From contig CM052822.1 in NCBI GenBank assembly GCA_028534125.1, forward strand, positions 76,384,001 through 76,448,000: 64,000 nucleotides of DNA, given 5' to 3'. Positions 13,294 through 27,261 of the stretch are shown here, one piece after another (position 1 is the first letter of the stretch; each line of letters begins with the position of its first letter). The notes below the pieces were generated by a model. The model was not told the DNA's origin, did no database searches, and saw only the letters and a program-made list of their open reading frames with translations. The position numbers were made by a program, and so were the translations under genes. The DNA is from Lama glama. Taxonomy: Eukaryota.

Positions 13294-16200
13294 GTAAGTG
13301 CCACGCTCCCTCCTCTGAACGGAGAACGGCCCGGCCCTGACGGCTGTGCTCCAGGGGACCCCGGCCCCGGCGCAGGCTGCGTCCCCGGCAGGGCAGCAAG
13401 CGGGGGCTCGGGGCCGACAGCTCGGCTCTGGGGACCCCAGAGCGCTGGCTGGAATCGGGCTCCCGTCTCCAGAGGGAGGCAGAGCCCTGGAGTCCTCCTC
13501 CTCTGCCCCACCAGCCCACCCTGGAGCCTCACCGCCCACCAGACATCGCTCGTGCAAACCCCAAATGCAGAACGCCCCACACCCATCTCCCACCTTCCTC
13601 TGTGCTGGGTCTCCCTCCATACTGCCCTTCTGTTTGTTGACTGGTTTCAAATAACTTAGATTTCAAACCGCAAAGTCATCTTTGAGTCATCCGCTCAGGA
13701 ACCATCTACCCTTCGTCCCTGCGGCTGGTAAACAGGCTTCCGCCTCTGAGCTGAGTCAGCAGGTCCCCAGGGATGGACGGGAGAGCGCTGAGACTGACGA
13801 GGGCTTAGTGGCCTGAGCCCGTGTTTGCCGCCCCAGACCATCCCTGGGAGCTCTATGTCTACCCGTCCCTTCAGCCGGACACCGGCTCACCATGCGGGAC
13901 CGTGGGCCCGGGAGCATTATCCACACCCCTCGTTGGAGAAGACAGCCACCCAACAGACTGTGAGTCCTGGGTCAGGAGCCTAGGCTCGCCCCGTGGAACA
14001 AAATCAGACCCCGTCCACACAGGAGGTGTATGGCCCAGGAGCGCAGTGGAGAGCAGGAGCGGGGCCTGGGGTCCCGGGGAGGGTCCCCGGGAGGAGGGAC
14101 CTGGTGGGCTTCCCGGAGTCGCTTTCAGTTGGCATAGGAGCCTCTGGGGAGTCGGTCCGGAGGAGGGAGAGCAGAGCTGGTGCGGGAGGGGCGAGCGTCG
14201 TTCGTTGTGGGGTTTCGGGGGGCTGACACTGCTCCAGCCTCGGATTGTCCCCATTCAGCCGGAACCGGGGCCCCACAGTCCAGGACCGTCACCGGGCCCT
14301 GAGCTGGGCCGTGTGGAGTCGCTGTGTTGGGCCGCCTCTTAACATCGCTGGGGACGCGGGCAGGGTTATGTGCTCCCCTCCGACAGCCAGAAATGTCAGG
14401 AAACAGAATGTGCTGGAAATCCCCCTCCCCCGGCCCCACAGATGCAGGGGCTTTCTCTTAAAATGGTCCACGTGTGGTCACTCGGATGAAGGAAAGCAGG
14501 AGTGGAGGCCGTGACGAGAAATGTGGTCACGCCCAGAGGGGCCTCAACCCCACCGTCTCTCCGGGGTTTGGGTTTCTCTCGACTTCCGTGGGATGCACTC
14601 AGATCCCACAGGACACCCTGGAACCACAGGCAGCGTCAAGTGTCCAGGGAGCAGAACCCCACTCGACCGACTTGCAGCACGTCAATCACGATCAAAAGAG
14701 AAGCTATAGATTAAGAAGAGCAAGACAGAAACTGGGACGTCTGCAGACACCCGTCCTCAGGGCCCAGGGGGAACCATGGAACAGAAGGTGAGGGGCAGGA
14801 GGGACGTGGGTTCAGGTAGAAAATGAGGGCTCATGGGGCCCTCAGGAGCCCCAGCTCGACGGAATGAGAACGAGAGGGCGACGCCTCCAGGAAGACGTGG
14901 CGAGCGGCACCGTCGGAGCCCGCGCCGGGTTTCACTGGGGCAGAAACCAGCAACCCTGAGTCAGCCAGGCCTGAAACCCGCTCCCGCAGGCGGGGAGGGG
15001 ACGCCTCTGCTGTGGATGATGCTGGCCTCTGATGGATGCAGCTGAACAACAGCTTGTTCACCTCAAGTGCCACCCGCTTCCCTGTGGGGCCGTTTCCTGC
15101 AAGGAGAGCTGCTCTGACGGCCCGGGGGGGATCCTGCTACGGAGAGCCCGATTGCTGAGACTCCACGTTCCAAGGAAATAGGTCCAAGCTGGGCTGCCTG
15201 CATGTATGGCGTCCGTGACTGGGACAAACTGCCGCACGGAACCTGGAGCCCTGTGACTCAGACAGAGCCAGATGCACGAGAGCCTCAGGTCAACTGGATG
15301 CTCGTCTTTGTGCCTTCCATTTACAAGGAAGAGCCGAGAGGCAGGAGAACAAGACGACTTTGGATGAACAGTGGGTGGAGGGAGGGAAGGAGCGGGGAGG
15401 GGTGAACAGGCAAGCAAGCAACTCCCCCGTGCCCCCCCCGCCTTTGTCTCTGTCTGCAGACCTCACGAGGCTCTGTGATGTGCAGGGTCCCAGCGGAATG
15501 AAAAAGGGGGGCTTAGCACGCGGCAGAGCTTCACGCCCAGCCGGGGCCCTTGCACAGGCCCCGATGCTGCACAGGTCACGCTCTGGGAAGCCAGCGACCT
15601 CCCTGGTCAGACGCCCTCTCCCCGCCCTGCCCCACCCCCGCCAGCCCGTCTCTCCGCACCCTCCCTCCTCGTTTTCTTCCACAGCCTTTGAGGCCACCTA
15701 TGGTTCCTTTACAAGAGCCCTTCCCACCCCCCAGCCCAGGGCCCCTCCTCCAATCCACTCAGCACCCTGGCTCACTCCGTGCAGGTTCCCAAATCCTGAA
15801 GCACTACGGGGTGCATGTCTCCCCCCTCCCCCAAAAAACGCAGGAAAGACCTTTAGAAACAAGTGACCCACTCCCCCCCACCCCTCCTGGCCACCGGAGT
15901 TTCCTTCCCATCGTGAGGTTTACTTGGCAGGTAGACGGGGCTGGGTCTGCACATCGCACCGCTGTGTCCCCGAGAAGCTGACGGATGTTGCACCACCGAC
16001 CTGTTTTTGTTTTGTTAGGGGGCTTTGTTTTTCATTTAATGCTACCAGAGGCCCCGGCTTTCCGTGGGGCAGCAGTCCATCTCCAGGAACCTCTGTATTC
16101 AGCCTGCTGGCGGCCAAGGTCTGCCCGTGTGCTTATCAGTGGCAGAAAGTGGCCCAGACCATGTTTTATGGATATTTCAGTGATAAAGTCTGCTGTCCCT

Positions 16201-17075
16201 GGGCCATTGATCTAATTTGCAAGCCATTAACATTCATCCAGAATCAGTAATGAGACTCTGGTCAGCGCCGTCTGCTAAGCCATCCCCCAGCCTGGGGTGT
16301 ATCTGTAGTAATTGCACGGAAAAAAGCCACTAATTCCAATTTAATTGCTAATCTGGGCTGTGGTTAATGTCAATAAACAATTTCTAACTCCGGCCGGAAG
16401 GCTTGTTTGGGGAGGCACAGAGGAAAGCGGTGAGGGAAGCGCCCTCCTCCCTACCCGAGGAGGCACAGGTTGCCAAGGGCCAGAGCTGAAGGCCCTGGGG
16501 TGCCTGCCCCGCTTCAGCCCACACGCAGTGAGGCCCTCCCGCCCCGGCTCTGCACAGAGGGTCCCCACAGCTCTCAGCCTGTCCCTCTGGGCCACTGTCC
16601 CCGCCTCACCCTGCCCCCTGCCCGCAGTCTCTTCCTCTCCCCGTCCCCACAGCCCCCAGCAGCCCTCCCCACTCACTCAGTGTGGCAGCAGTGCCCCCCA
16701 CACCCCGCCCCCTCGCAGAGAGAGCCGCACGCTGCCCTGGGGGCTGCTTTTCTCCTTGCCTGGTGTGCTGTCCTTAGCAGGTGCCCAGGGCGACCCACGC
16801 TTTTGTTTGTCAACGCACGCCTGTTTGCAAGGTTGCTTTTAAGCTGCAGATGGAGAAACGAAGCCTTGAAGAGATGAGGTGCTTTGCCGGAGTGCAGAGT
16901 GAGCCTGAGTCACTCTGTCTGGAGGGGAGGCCCAGCTGCGCCCCCTCCAGAGCGCCTGTCTCCCAGGCCCCGGGCCCTCCCCGGGAAGGGCCCCCCACGG
17001 CCAGCGGCCTCCTGCCCGCTCCTTCCTGGCCGACCTGCCCCCTTAACGTGCCGCCTGTGTTCTCTCTCCGCCTAG

Positions 17076-17145
17076 ACTTGCCGGTTCAGATCCTCAAGCC
17101 AGCGGTCTTCTCCGACACCGCGCACTACCCCTTGCTCCTGGTGGT
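17076..17145 (+). CDS. DPP6: DPP6 exon: (N)LPVQILKPAVFSDTAHYPLLLV(V)
   Basis: TAG acceptor and GTGAGT donor. 70 bp. Carries the DPP4-family YPLLL motif. Confidence 0.95.
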
Positions 17146-17624
17146 GTGAGTATCTCAGTGGGAAAGGATCAGACTCGGAAGGTGACGAGCGGGAGTGTGA
17201 TCTTGTTGCAAACTCAAAACTTAAAACAATCTAGCTTGTCCTTTCCATGACTGCCCGTGACCCCAGACGTTAAAGGAAGGCAGGGCTGTGTCCCCCTCAC
17301 CCCAGTCGCCTTCGGGGGATTTGCAGCAGTGAAAGCAGGTCTGCAGTCAGATTCTGCGGGTCGTGCTGCGGTGGCCGGTCAGCGGGCCTGGGGACAGGCG
17401 TCAGACCTCACCGAGCAGGGCAGATGCCCGCAGATGCTTGCGGCGTGCCCAGGGCCCCCAGGAAACGGAGTTGGGCGTGGCGGGCGTCTGGCCTGGACAT
17501 CCATCTGTCACCGACACAATGATCTCAGATCGGCCTCCTGCTGATTAATGTCCTCGGATTTGGATTTCGAGACCCACTTTTAAGAGCTTACTAAGCACCT
17601 CTGTCGGTGTCCTGATGAGGGCTT

Positions 17625-17805
17625 GTGTGAGTGTGTGTGTGAGTGTGCGAGTGTGTGGGCATGTGTGTATATGATTGTGAGTGAATGTGTGAGTGTGTGT
17701 GTGAGTGTGCAAGCATGTGTGTATGTGGTTGTGAGTGACTGAGTGTGTGTGAGCGTGCATGAGTGTGACTGAGTGACTGTGAGAGAGTGTGTGTGAGCGT
17801 GTGCT
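17625..17805. repeat. Degenerate (TG)n/(TGAG)n microsatellite
   Basis: About 180 bp of gtgtgagtgtgt-type sequence. Confidence 0.9.
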
Positions 17806-18984
17806 CTCCCGGGCAGTTCATGCCCGACCCCCACCCTGAGCGCTATGGGAGGTCAGTGGGCACAGCGGGCACGGCGGGCACGGGAAAGCGGGCTCAGCGG
17901 TGAGGCCCTGCAGACACGGATGTTTGAGCTCATGGGCCTTCCGTCCGTCTGTCCTTTCAGGGCTGGGGAGGTGGAGCCGGCGCTTGGCCTCTGGGGGCGT
18001 ATCCCCGTATCTACCTGCAAGGGGGGCAGGAGAGAGCAGAGGCCATACTGGGGTTGCTTCAGGGACGCAGCGACATCACTCACCCGAGTAAATGTCCTGT
18101 GTGACCCGCCCGATGCCCGGTGTCCCTCAGGAACAGAGCGCTGAGACCCCGGTCTCCCACCCCCATCCTATGCCCAACCCTCTGTCCTCACTGCCTGGGG
18201 GTCGCTAAGCATTCACTGGCACTACTGGGCCAGGGGGAGGCTTCTGAACGTGCTCCTTTGGTGGGGATGGGACGGCTCTGTTTACAAGGGCCCTGTCCGC
18301 AGCTCTGGCCGACTTCCACATGTGACTGTAGCTGACAGAGTCATGTATGTGCCCAGAGGGCGAGCAGGGAAGACAGGGGACCAACAGAAGCCACTCAGCT
18401 GGGAGCTTGGCTGATACTCTGCCTGCGGCGGGGGTAGGGTGGTGCAGGCTGCCTCCTCTTCGAGGAGATGCGACAGAAAGCCAGCCAGATCCGCTATGCG
18501 CTCTGCTTCTGAGCTGACCAGAGAGAATTCCTTCAGACCAAGGGCACTGCTAAAAGGAGCAGGACACCTGGTCACTCACGTGATGGGGACCAAGGAGCAG
18601 CCAAGCCTAGGAGAACCCAGGAAGGGTGGGAGGAGCCGGGCCATGTGGTTAGGGACGCCGAGAGGAGATGTGGGAGCACTTGTTGGAGTGTCTCCCACCG
18701 AGAAGATGCCCTTCAGTGACTGTCCCAGTGCCCTTGTGCCCGGCGTGGCCCTTGTGCCCGACGTGGCCCTCGGAACACTCACTTTCCCCATCACCCCCTG
18801 GTGTGTGGGTGATGCTGGTGATGAGATGCGCCGTGGAGGCGGGCGTGGCAGCCCGGGATCCCGGCACCCTCCAGGAGGCGGGGGCAAGTCCCTCCGGGGG
18901 TGGGGGAGACTCCTCAGGACCCGGTGTCTGCTGGGCCAGCCGCTGCCCTGCACAGCGTGCCCAGGCCTGGCCTGTCTGTTGCAG

Positions 18985-19179
18985 GGACGGCACCCCGGGG
19001 AGCCAGAGTGTGTCCGAGCGGTTTGAGGTGACCTGGGAGACGGTGATGGTGAGCAATCATGGGGCCGTGGTGGTCAAGTGTGACGGCCGGGGCAGCGGCT
19101 TCCAAGGGACCAAGCTCCTGCATGAAGTGCGGCGGAGGCTGGGCGCCCTGGAGGAGAAGGACCAGCTGGAGGCTGTGCG
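18985..19179 (+). CDS. DPP6: DPP6 exon: [64 protein letters not shown](R)
   Basis: CAG acceptor and GTGAGG donor. 195 bp. Contains the S9B peptidase DGRGSG motif. Confidence 0.97.
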
Positions 19180-20305
19180 GTGAGGCCCCGCCCGGGGAGG
19201 GGGCAGGGGGCAGAGAAGCGAGAGAGGCAGGGTGGGGTGCTTCCTAAGTGGGGGGCGCCCTGGGCCTCTCCGGGGGCGTGTTTCTTGTCCGTGTGCACAT
19301 TTTGCCTGTGACTTGCTCGGACTTACAGCGTTCTCTGGGCCGCTCCAGAGTGAGCTCTCGCTGGCGCCGCTCCTGCAGAGCTTTCACGCCAGCGTGCACA
19401 GAGCCGGGAGGCTTGTCCATTTACTGCCTGAAGTAGGTGCAGAGACCGCGAGGTGGGCCTTTGCGGCTCCTCAGTTGCTTGGACAGACCTTGGCCGGCGT
19501 CCGCACATCTTTGCCCGTTGCCCACTGGGTGAGAGGGAGGAGGGAGGGGGGACGGAAGGAAGAACAAGGATGGGAGTGGGGCTGGAGCCCTGCAGGGGTC
19601 GCCGTCCCTGAGAAGGGGACCCTCCGCCCTCCCAGGCGGCAGGTGGGGGATGGGCATGTTTTGACCCCCGGTGTCTTCACAGCCTCATCCCTGAGGCAGC
19701 AGGACCAGGAGAGAGTCCCCGAGAACAGAAAGTCTTAGTGCAAGGGGCGGATGCTCACAATTAATATTGAATTTCATTGTTGCCCTGGAAAGAAAGACAC
19801 TGAGAACCTGTCTTAGGCCAGGTGGCCTGCGGACACCTTGGTCAAAATGCAGTTTTCACAGTGTACAGCACAGGGTTTGTAGGGCCACACACGCCTTCTC
19901 CCAGGAGCGCACAGACTCGTTCTTGGAGGGGCAGGTGGGCAGAAAACACAACTGCCATCTTCACCGTGGATAGGGTGCGCGACGCTGGACCCCAGGCCCT
20001 GGCGGAGGACACGGCGTCCTCCAGGCAACCTGCAGGCGGCTGGCTGCCCCCCTCTGAGCTGGGGGCCGAGAGGGCGCCAGGCTGTCTCACACTCGCTGTG
20101 TTTCTAAAAATAAGGGATTGGCCAGCCATCTGTTCAGAAACAGGGCAGAACCTGTTCCAGAAAAACAGTAAATAATGTCACCTTTCAAGCCACTGAGGCT
20201 TCCAGGAGCAAGAGCGCAAGCCGGCAGCGAAGGCCCAGACCTCCTCAGGGGGCCGGGACCCAGACGTCTCGGGCCGTAGGAAACTCTCCTTGATTCAGGA
20301 TCTGG

Positions 20306-20435
20306 TGTTACCGCGTGCAAGCTGGTACTGCTCGCTACACGACAGGCCAGTAAATCAAGAGATGGGGTATTGGGCAAGGAATAAGGACTTTATTCAGAAA
20401 GCCAGCAGACTGAGAAGATGGGGGACTGCCCCGTG
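20306..20435. mobile_element. ERV1-type LTR fragment (cetartiodactyl-like)
   Basis: Starts TGTTACC, then gtactgctcgctacacgacaggccagtaaatcaagaga...caaggaataaggactttattcagaaagccagcagac, resembling recalled artiodactyl LTRs. Confidence 0.55.
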
Positions 20436-23400
20436 TGTGGTTCTCCCGACTCCCCCTCCTGCTCCTGGCCCGGAGCCCACTTCCATCACAGCTGACCCGA
20501 GCACAGCCCCTCCCAGGCCCAGCGCCGTGCAAAAGAGGAGACAGTCATGTGAACGGATGGACTGGACACAGGAAATGCTACACTAGCACTTGGAGCACAG
20601 GCTGCAGCTGCAAACAGCCCTGCCTGGAGGGCTTCTGGGAGGAGGTGGCTTTTGGCCAAGACCTCGCCACAGAGTAATGATTAACAGGGATTTGCCAGCA
20701 GAAAATGAGAGGTGCATGGAAAAAATATTGTGAGCAAAGGCGGAGGTAATGTAAAGACACAGCCTGTGCAAAGCACACCGACAAGGCAGCGTGCGTGGGC
20801 CATGGAGGGGCAGGGTAGGGCCAGATCAGGAGGTATTCCCACACCATCCGAAGCAGCTGTGCTTGCCCTGTAAGCGGCAGAGTCCCAGCACAGGACTTTT
20901 AGCAAGGAGGTGGCAAGGTCACCTTTATTTTCAGAACCGTACTCCTGGTGGCAGTATGGCAAGTTTTGTGGGCCCGGGTCCTGGCAGGAGACATTCACAC
21001 CGGATGCTTTAGGGAGAGATGGATGACGTGCGTGTCTACAGAGGCGCGGCAGGGCAGGGTCCCCTGGGCGGCGGCAGCCCCGGCTGTGGGAGTCTGAGCG
21101 TGAGAGGCAGCGCCACGCCCCGGAGGAGGAGTTTCTGCGGCAAAGCCAACAAGGTTTGTGAGTGAGTGAATGCGAGGTTGGACCAGTCCAAGCCGGAGGT
21201 GTGTTCTGTGACCCTCACGACGCCGTGCCCGCCCACCGCCCGGAGCAGGACAAACTTACCGACCACGTGTCTCCCCCAGCCACCCCTTGCCACATGAAGT
21301 CCTCGGCTGTGAGCCTCCCAGCTCTGATGGTACTGAGAGCAGCCGTGTGGTCTGGAACACCTGCGTCAGTGTGGGTCTCCAGGAGTCGGTGCCAAGACGC
21401 AGGTACATGTGCAGAAGGCGTGTTTGTGCCGAGTGCGGGGGCCGGAGCACAGCAGGGGCAGAACCATCAGGCTGCAGGGCCATCCGACCTTGGCAGGAGG
21501 GCCTCTGACAGCAGCTGGGCTCTGAGCGTCTCTGTCAGGACGACAGAAAGCCCAGAGCCCAGGGGCCAGTGGAGGACCCCATGCCAGTCACTGCCGGGTC
21601 AGCTTGAGCCACCCTGGAAGGTGGGAAGGCATGACCACCGGTGCCCATCAGCCAACAGCAGGCCGGGCTCTCCTGAAGGAAGGAAGGAGGGCTCACCCCT
21701 GCCCCCTGTCCGAAGGCTCCACGTGGGCCCACGACACCCCCTTCTCCTCCAGGGTCTTCTCCCAGACCCCCACCCGCAAGGCTTCTACCATCCTCTCCAG
21801 CTCAAGGCCCTGCCACTGGTCCCCTCGGGGCTGTGTCCCAGCTCCCTCCCCTGAGCACACATGTCACACCACGTGATCAGCACAGCCGCGTCCAGGTGTC
21901 AGCCCACCTGCCCAGGGACTCGGCGCTCGGCCGGGGCCTCCCCAGTCCTCGCTCTGGGCCTCCGCACGCCCCGGCACGGAGCTGCGCTCAGCACAGGCTC
22001 CATCCAGGAGGACACCCCGGTTGACTCAGCCCCACCATCTGCTGTGCCTCGGGCCATCAGGCAGGAATCCGCTCTCCTTCATCTGGCGGCTGCACTGTTC
22101 ACTAGGAAGCAGTTGTCACATGGGAGCCGCCGGCTGATGAGTGGGAACACAGCAACAGGATGATAAAAATACCTGATGTTGGGGAAACAGCTTTCCCGAG
22201 AGGACTCCAGAGCTCTTTACAACGAGGGCCTCTGCTGTGACCTCACCCAACTTCTGAATTACGTCTGCAGTGGGCCCTCCTGACGAGTACGGGCACACTC
22301 TGCGGTTTGGGGGTTAGAGCTCCAGCGTATTTTTCGGAATTCAACCCGTGGTAGCTGCGCACGTCAGCGACACAAAGCCCCTCGCCCTGCACCGCCCACC
22401 CCCGTCCTGCTTCCCAGACGCGGCCTCTCTCAACCCCGCCGTCTCCTTCATCACGCGTCCGCCGCCCCAATTCCCCGTAGTCAGGACCACGCAGGATCCC
22501 TCACCACGGGACTCCTTGTGGGCAGCCGCCTGGCCAGGCGGACAGTCAGGGGCAGCGCCCTCGCCCGGTGCTCCCCGCGGAGCCAGGGGCCGCTCAGCCC
22601 CGCTCCTCTCGGCGTCACTGAGCTGCTCCTGCAAGTGCTGCTGGCCTCTCCCCTGGGTCACTCTCCGTGGGCCCGTTGTCATCTTGCCTCTCGGGCCCGT
22701 CAGCGCCCTTCCCAGACGCTCAGACGCACTGGCGCTCTGCCCACCTCGGTGCTCCTCTCCGAGCCGTGGCCGCTTCCTTCTGCTCCACCCGGACCCCGTG
22801 TCTGGAGCGTCACCTCGAGGCCCTCTCACAACTTTCTAGGCTGGGCCCCGTGCCAGAGAACAGCAGGTGAATGCCGCCCATTTCATTTACTTTTCCCTTC
22901 AGAAGTCTAGAAAACTTCTCGAAATGCCTCCATTCCAGCCCCGCAGTTGAGGTTGCTGTTTATCTGGGTGTGAAACCTGCACAGAAAATCATTCCCACCA
23001 GAAGGGCCTGCTGTCGCCCCCGGCCGTTGCTGCTGGTGAGCAAAACCGCGTCGCTCTGTCTGCTGACCGGCCCCGGTGCGTGGCCTGCCTCCCTGCCCCG
23101 TTGGAAGAGCGCGCTCTTCAGTCCCGGCGCCTGCAGTTTCAGCCCTTGGGCCGGGCCCTTTCCCTCCGGGGGACCGTTGTTCTCTGGCCTTGGAACACTT
23201 TGACTAACACGTTGAGGATTTCTCTTTTCTCTGTTCTTTCTTGCTGGAACTTTCATGATACTGGTTCTGGTGCTTCCGGGTTTGTCCTGGACAAAACTTT
23301 CCTCTCCTGTTTTCAGCCTCTCTGGTGAACGTTTATTCTCAGGTGTGACAACGCGAGACCCTAGCCTTCTTTCTGCGCTGAGAGCGTACTGTCCTTGGCT

Positions 23401-24217
23401 TCCTGGCTCAGTGTCTGTCCTTCCAGATGCATTAGTGATGGCTTTGCACCTGTTTCTGGTCGCTGCGTTATCTCTGTCCCCTCTGGATTCCTGGGTTTTT
23501 CCGTTTTGTTGTTGTTGTTTGAGTTTTGGTCTGGACTCTCATCTGGAAGGTCCCTTACGGTTCGGATGAAGCTCGGCCGCCTCTTCACCTGTAAGGGAGG
23601 CCGAGTGCGGGGCCGGGTCTGTGTGCAGAGGGCTGCCTGCTGGCACGTGGGCTTTGCTGTGGAGCAGGGCAGGACCCAGCACTTCCGGGGGAGACGCAGC
23701 GCCGGCAGCGCTCTCCCAGGTGCCTGCGTCTGGCAAGGCCGAGGGAGGCGCCGGGAGGATGCAGGTTCCCAGTCAGTTTGCCGGTTGTGATCCCACACCT
23801 GACCCCCTGCTGAGCCCTGGCGTCGGAGTGCGTTCGGATTGTCCACAGAACCGAGACCTGGAAAGTTCAAGTGACAAGTCTGAAGGCCCCACGGCCCCTT
23901 AGAAGCTGCACGGGGGTGGACACAGGACATGCTGCCCGCCGCGGTGAGAACGGGAGCTGGTGAAGACAGGGCCCGTTCGTCTGTGAGCACTGGTCCCTGA
24001 GACGCGCTTGGAGCCTGACAGGGACACGCACTCCACGGGCGTGACGAGGACGGTGACCGAGGGCCCGGAGGGAAGGCAGTAGGCGGGTTGTCTCGTTCCC
24101 ACTCGGATTCTCAGACGGACTCAAACTTAGGTCAGTCCACAGAGTTAACACACGTGAGTCGTCAGTTTTCGACAAATGACCTGGGAAACTGGTTATATTA
24201 AAATGAACAGTAATGCG

Positions 24218-24535
24218 CAGTTGTCACTCGGTATCCACGGGGACGGGTTCCGGGACCCACTCGGATTCCCAAATGCTAGGTGCTCGAGCCCCTTCTGCGG
24301 AGCAGGCAGTGTTCGCACACAGCCGCCGCCGTCCTCCCGGGAGCTTGCAGACCCGCGTCCCTCCATCCCTGCCACCTCCTAAGTGCCACGTCGGCAGCCG
24401 CGAGTGTGGCGTGGGTGCCGTGTGCAGCAATTCAAATGTCGCCTTTTGGAACTTTTTGGTTTTTCCCCGAGTATTTTCAGTCCGTGGTTGGTTGAATCTG
24501 TGGATGTAGAACCTGGGGATACAGAGGACCGACTG
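24218..24535. mobile_element. MER2-like (TcMar-Tigger) non-autonomous DNA transposon
   Basis: Imperfect terminal inverted repeats CAGTTGTCACTCGGTATCC ... GGATACAGAGGACCGACTG, followed by TA. Internal ggttggttgaatctgtggatgtagaacc. Confidence 0.8.
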
Positions 24536-25605
24536 TAATGGAGGCACAAAAGTCACCTGAATTTTTATCCTCATGAGAAGTCAGGGAAACTGCTGCTCCA
24601 CGCGGGGCCCTCCCGCTTCCAGGAACAGGCGTCCGTCCACTTCGGACATCGGCAATTAAAGTTCTGTTCTAACCAGGAGGGGCTGGCCAGGTCCCGGGAC
24701 GTAGGGGTCCTGGAGGAGTTGGCTGGAGTAGGACAGGGCAGTCTCGGGCCCCAGGACGCGGAGGTCTGCGGTCCCCTGGACAGAGAAGGGCAGTTAGAAG
24801 TGACAGCTGGCGCCAGCCAGCAGACACCAGAAAGAAATCAGCAGGCAGCACCTAGGGCGGGAGTCACAAGGAGGGCTCGGCGGCGGGGACAGCTGGCAGG
24901 TGGGTGCAGACAGCAGCCTGTCATCCGCCAGCAGGTGGCAGGACTTCTGCGGCTGAATGAGAGTTCGAAAAGCAGAAAGATTCCAGTCACTTTGTGGGGA
25001 AACCAGGGACCACGGGGGAAAGCTGGTGAGATGCCAGCAGGGATAAGGCAGAGTCTGGACCATGCCAGGCCTCAGCTGCTGGCATCCAGGGCGGAGCCCT
25101 GGCAGGAATGGTTCTGCCACCAAATAGGTCCAAGGCAGGGACACCCTCCCAGGAGCTGGGGACAGAGGACACTGCAGGTGGAGGGGAGCCCCGTGCCCTG
25201 ACTCAGAGCCCTGTAGCGCCCGGAGCGCCTGTTCTCCCAGCTGACCCCAGAGGACCCTCCCAGAGCCTGGGGCGCTGGGCATCACATGGACCAAGTCGGG
25301 GGTGGACCCTGCAGGCCTGGGAGTCTCCAGAGCGGCCCCTGCTCTCTGTACCAGGGGTTCTCGGCCCGCGAGCTCTGCAGGCCTGGGTGTCCCAGTTACT
25401 GCAAGCGCGCTCTGGGTTTTTAACGAGGGCATACGATGCACCAAGTAAGTAAAAGCAGTGAACACTCGTATTAGAATTCCAATAGTTCCTTCGGCTTAAG
25501 TCGGGGTTTTCATCCTCGGCACCGCTGGGACGCACGGCCCTAGGCCACGGGGCTGCAGGACGTGAGCGCGGCGTGCCCTAACCCCTCTCCCTGTTGCCCC
25601 TGCAG

Positions 25606-25660
25606 GCTGATGCTGAAGGAGCCGTATGTCGACAAGACGCGGGTGGCCGTGTTCGGGAAG
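25606..25660 (+). CDS. DPP6: DPP6 exon: LMLKEPYVDKTRVAVFGK
   Basis: CAG acceptor and AAG|GTAGGC donor. 55 bp. First half of the nucleophile elbow (GK|DYGG). Confidence 0.95.
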
Positions 25661-27261
25661 GTAGGCCGTGCTGACCTGCGTCTGAGCGCCCCTGCTCGGG
25701 CACTGACCTGCGCCATCGCCAGGGCCTGACCTGATTTACTGGGAGTGTCTCTGACAGCTGCGTGCGAGCAATTATTTTTTAAGGGAGTTTGGGTGTTCCG
25801 TGATTCCAGCAAAGGGAGCCTCGGACTAGCTCACATGTCACTGCTGCTTTTCACGTTATCTGGAAGGAAAGACAGAAAAGAGGTCAGGTTCTAATGAGGA
25901 TGCTCTGTTAGGCTCCTAACTGCTTTCCGGACACAGGCCTGCCGTGGTTCCCGGGCTGGTACCCCAAGAATGAAGGGGAGGCGAGAGGTTCTGTGTGTCT
26001 TTACGGTAGGAGTCAGGTTAGCTCACCGGGTTCACTCGTGTGGAGGGGAGTCCGGGAGGTTCACACGGAACCAGAGAAGCTCCCATGGTGGGGGCCCGTC
26101 TGAAGGCCATAGGGGGAGTGGTGGCACCGTGGCTGGGAGTCAGGTCTGTGGAGGGCCACGCCCTGCTGCCCTGGCACGCGGCCTCCCGTCGTCAGACCGC
26201 CCGGACCTGTGGCCTGTCAATCTCGAGAAGGCAGGAGCACAGATGGCAGACACGGACCCGTCTTCCCTCCGGGGAGCACCTCCCAGCACAGGCCCTCAGA
26301 GGGGCCTCGGGGGCCTGGCTGCAGGTGGAGGTTGCAACAGGTAACCAGAGCAACACCTCTGCGGCATCACCTCCGAGCCCAGCGACCGGAGGGGCTGGGT
26401 GCATCTGGGACGCAGCACCGCCCTGCAGGGGTCCCACACCCCAAGGGGAAGCAGGAAAGGGGGGGCCCAGAGGGCAGACCGGAGCCTGGATGCAGAGTCC
26501 TGGGGCTCATTCTGTGCTGGCGATGACCCACTGCCTGCCTGTGCAGAGTTGGAGCCAGTGGGATCATTTACGGAGTAACTTTGGGTGTCAACACATCACT
26601 TGTCCCCACGGCAAAGGTACTGCCCAGCAGAGCAGCCGCCGGCTCCAGGCGGGGCGCCCAGGCCCAGGTCAGCCTTCGTCCAGGCTTTGCTCTTCCCCGA
26701 ACTCGCCGTCCCCTCCCAGGAGCGTGGTCTCCCTTCTCAGGCCCCTTTCCAGGGCGGGCGCCTGAACCCCGCCCCACTGCCTAGGGCCTCTCAGAAGTCA
26801 CTCGGGACACAGGAGTAAGAGTCCCCAGCAGGGAAGAGGCTTTCTCGACAAGTGGCTGGTTCCGCTGCGTGGGCACCGTGTGCTGCGTGGACCAGGGCCC
26901 ACCTGCCCTTAGAACGCAGCCCTCAGGCACCGAGACAGGCTGCGCCGTGTGTGCAGTGCTGGATGCTGGGCACCGACCCGCAGGGTCCCCCTGCCTCTTT
27001 GGCACCTTAGATAGAGGTTTGCGGACTCCGTGACTGCATTTCTCCTGGGAGGGAAGCAGCCATCGGTTCTTTGAGCGTGTGGGTTCGCAGGCTCTCCTCA
27101 CATCCACCTGGAGGAGTCCGTGTCCGCCCCCAGCACGAAGCACAGGGCCTCCTGGAGCAGCAGGGTGCAGGGAGCTGTCCTGGAGGGGCGAGGGCGAGGC
27201 CGGACGCCTCTCACCGAGACCCGAGAAGGCCATGAGGTTCTCTAGGAAAATGTGTTCAACA

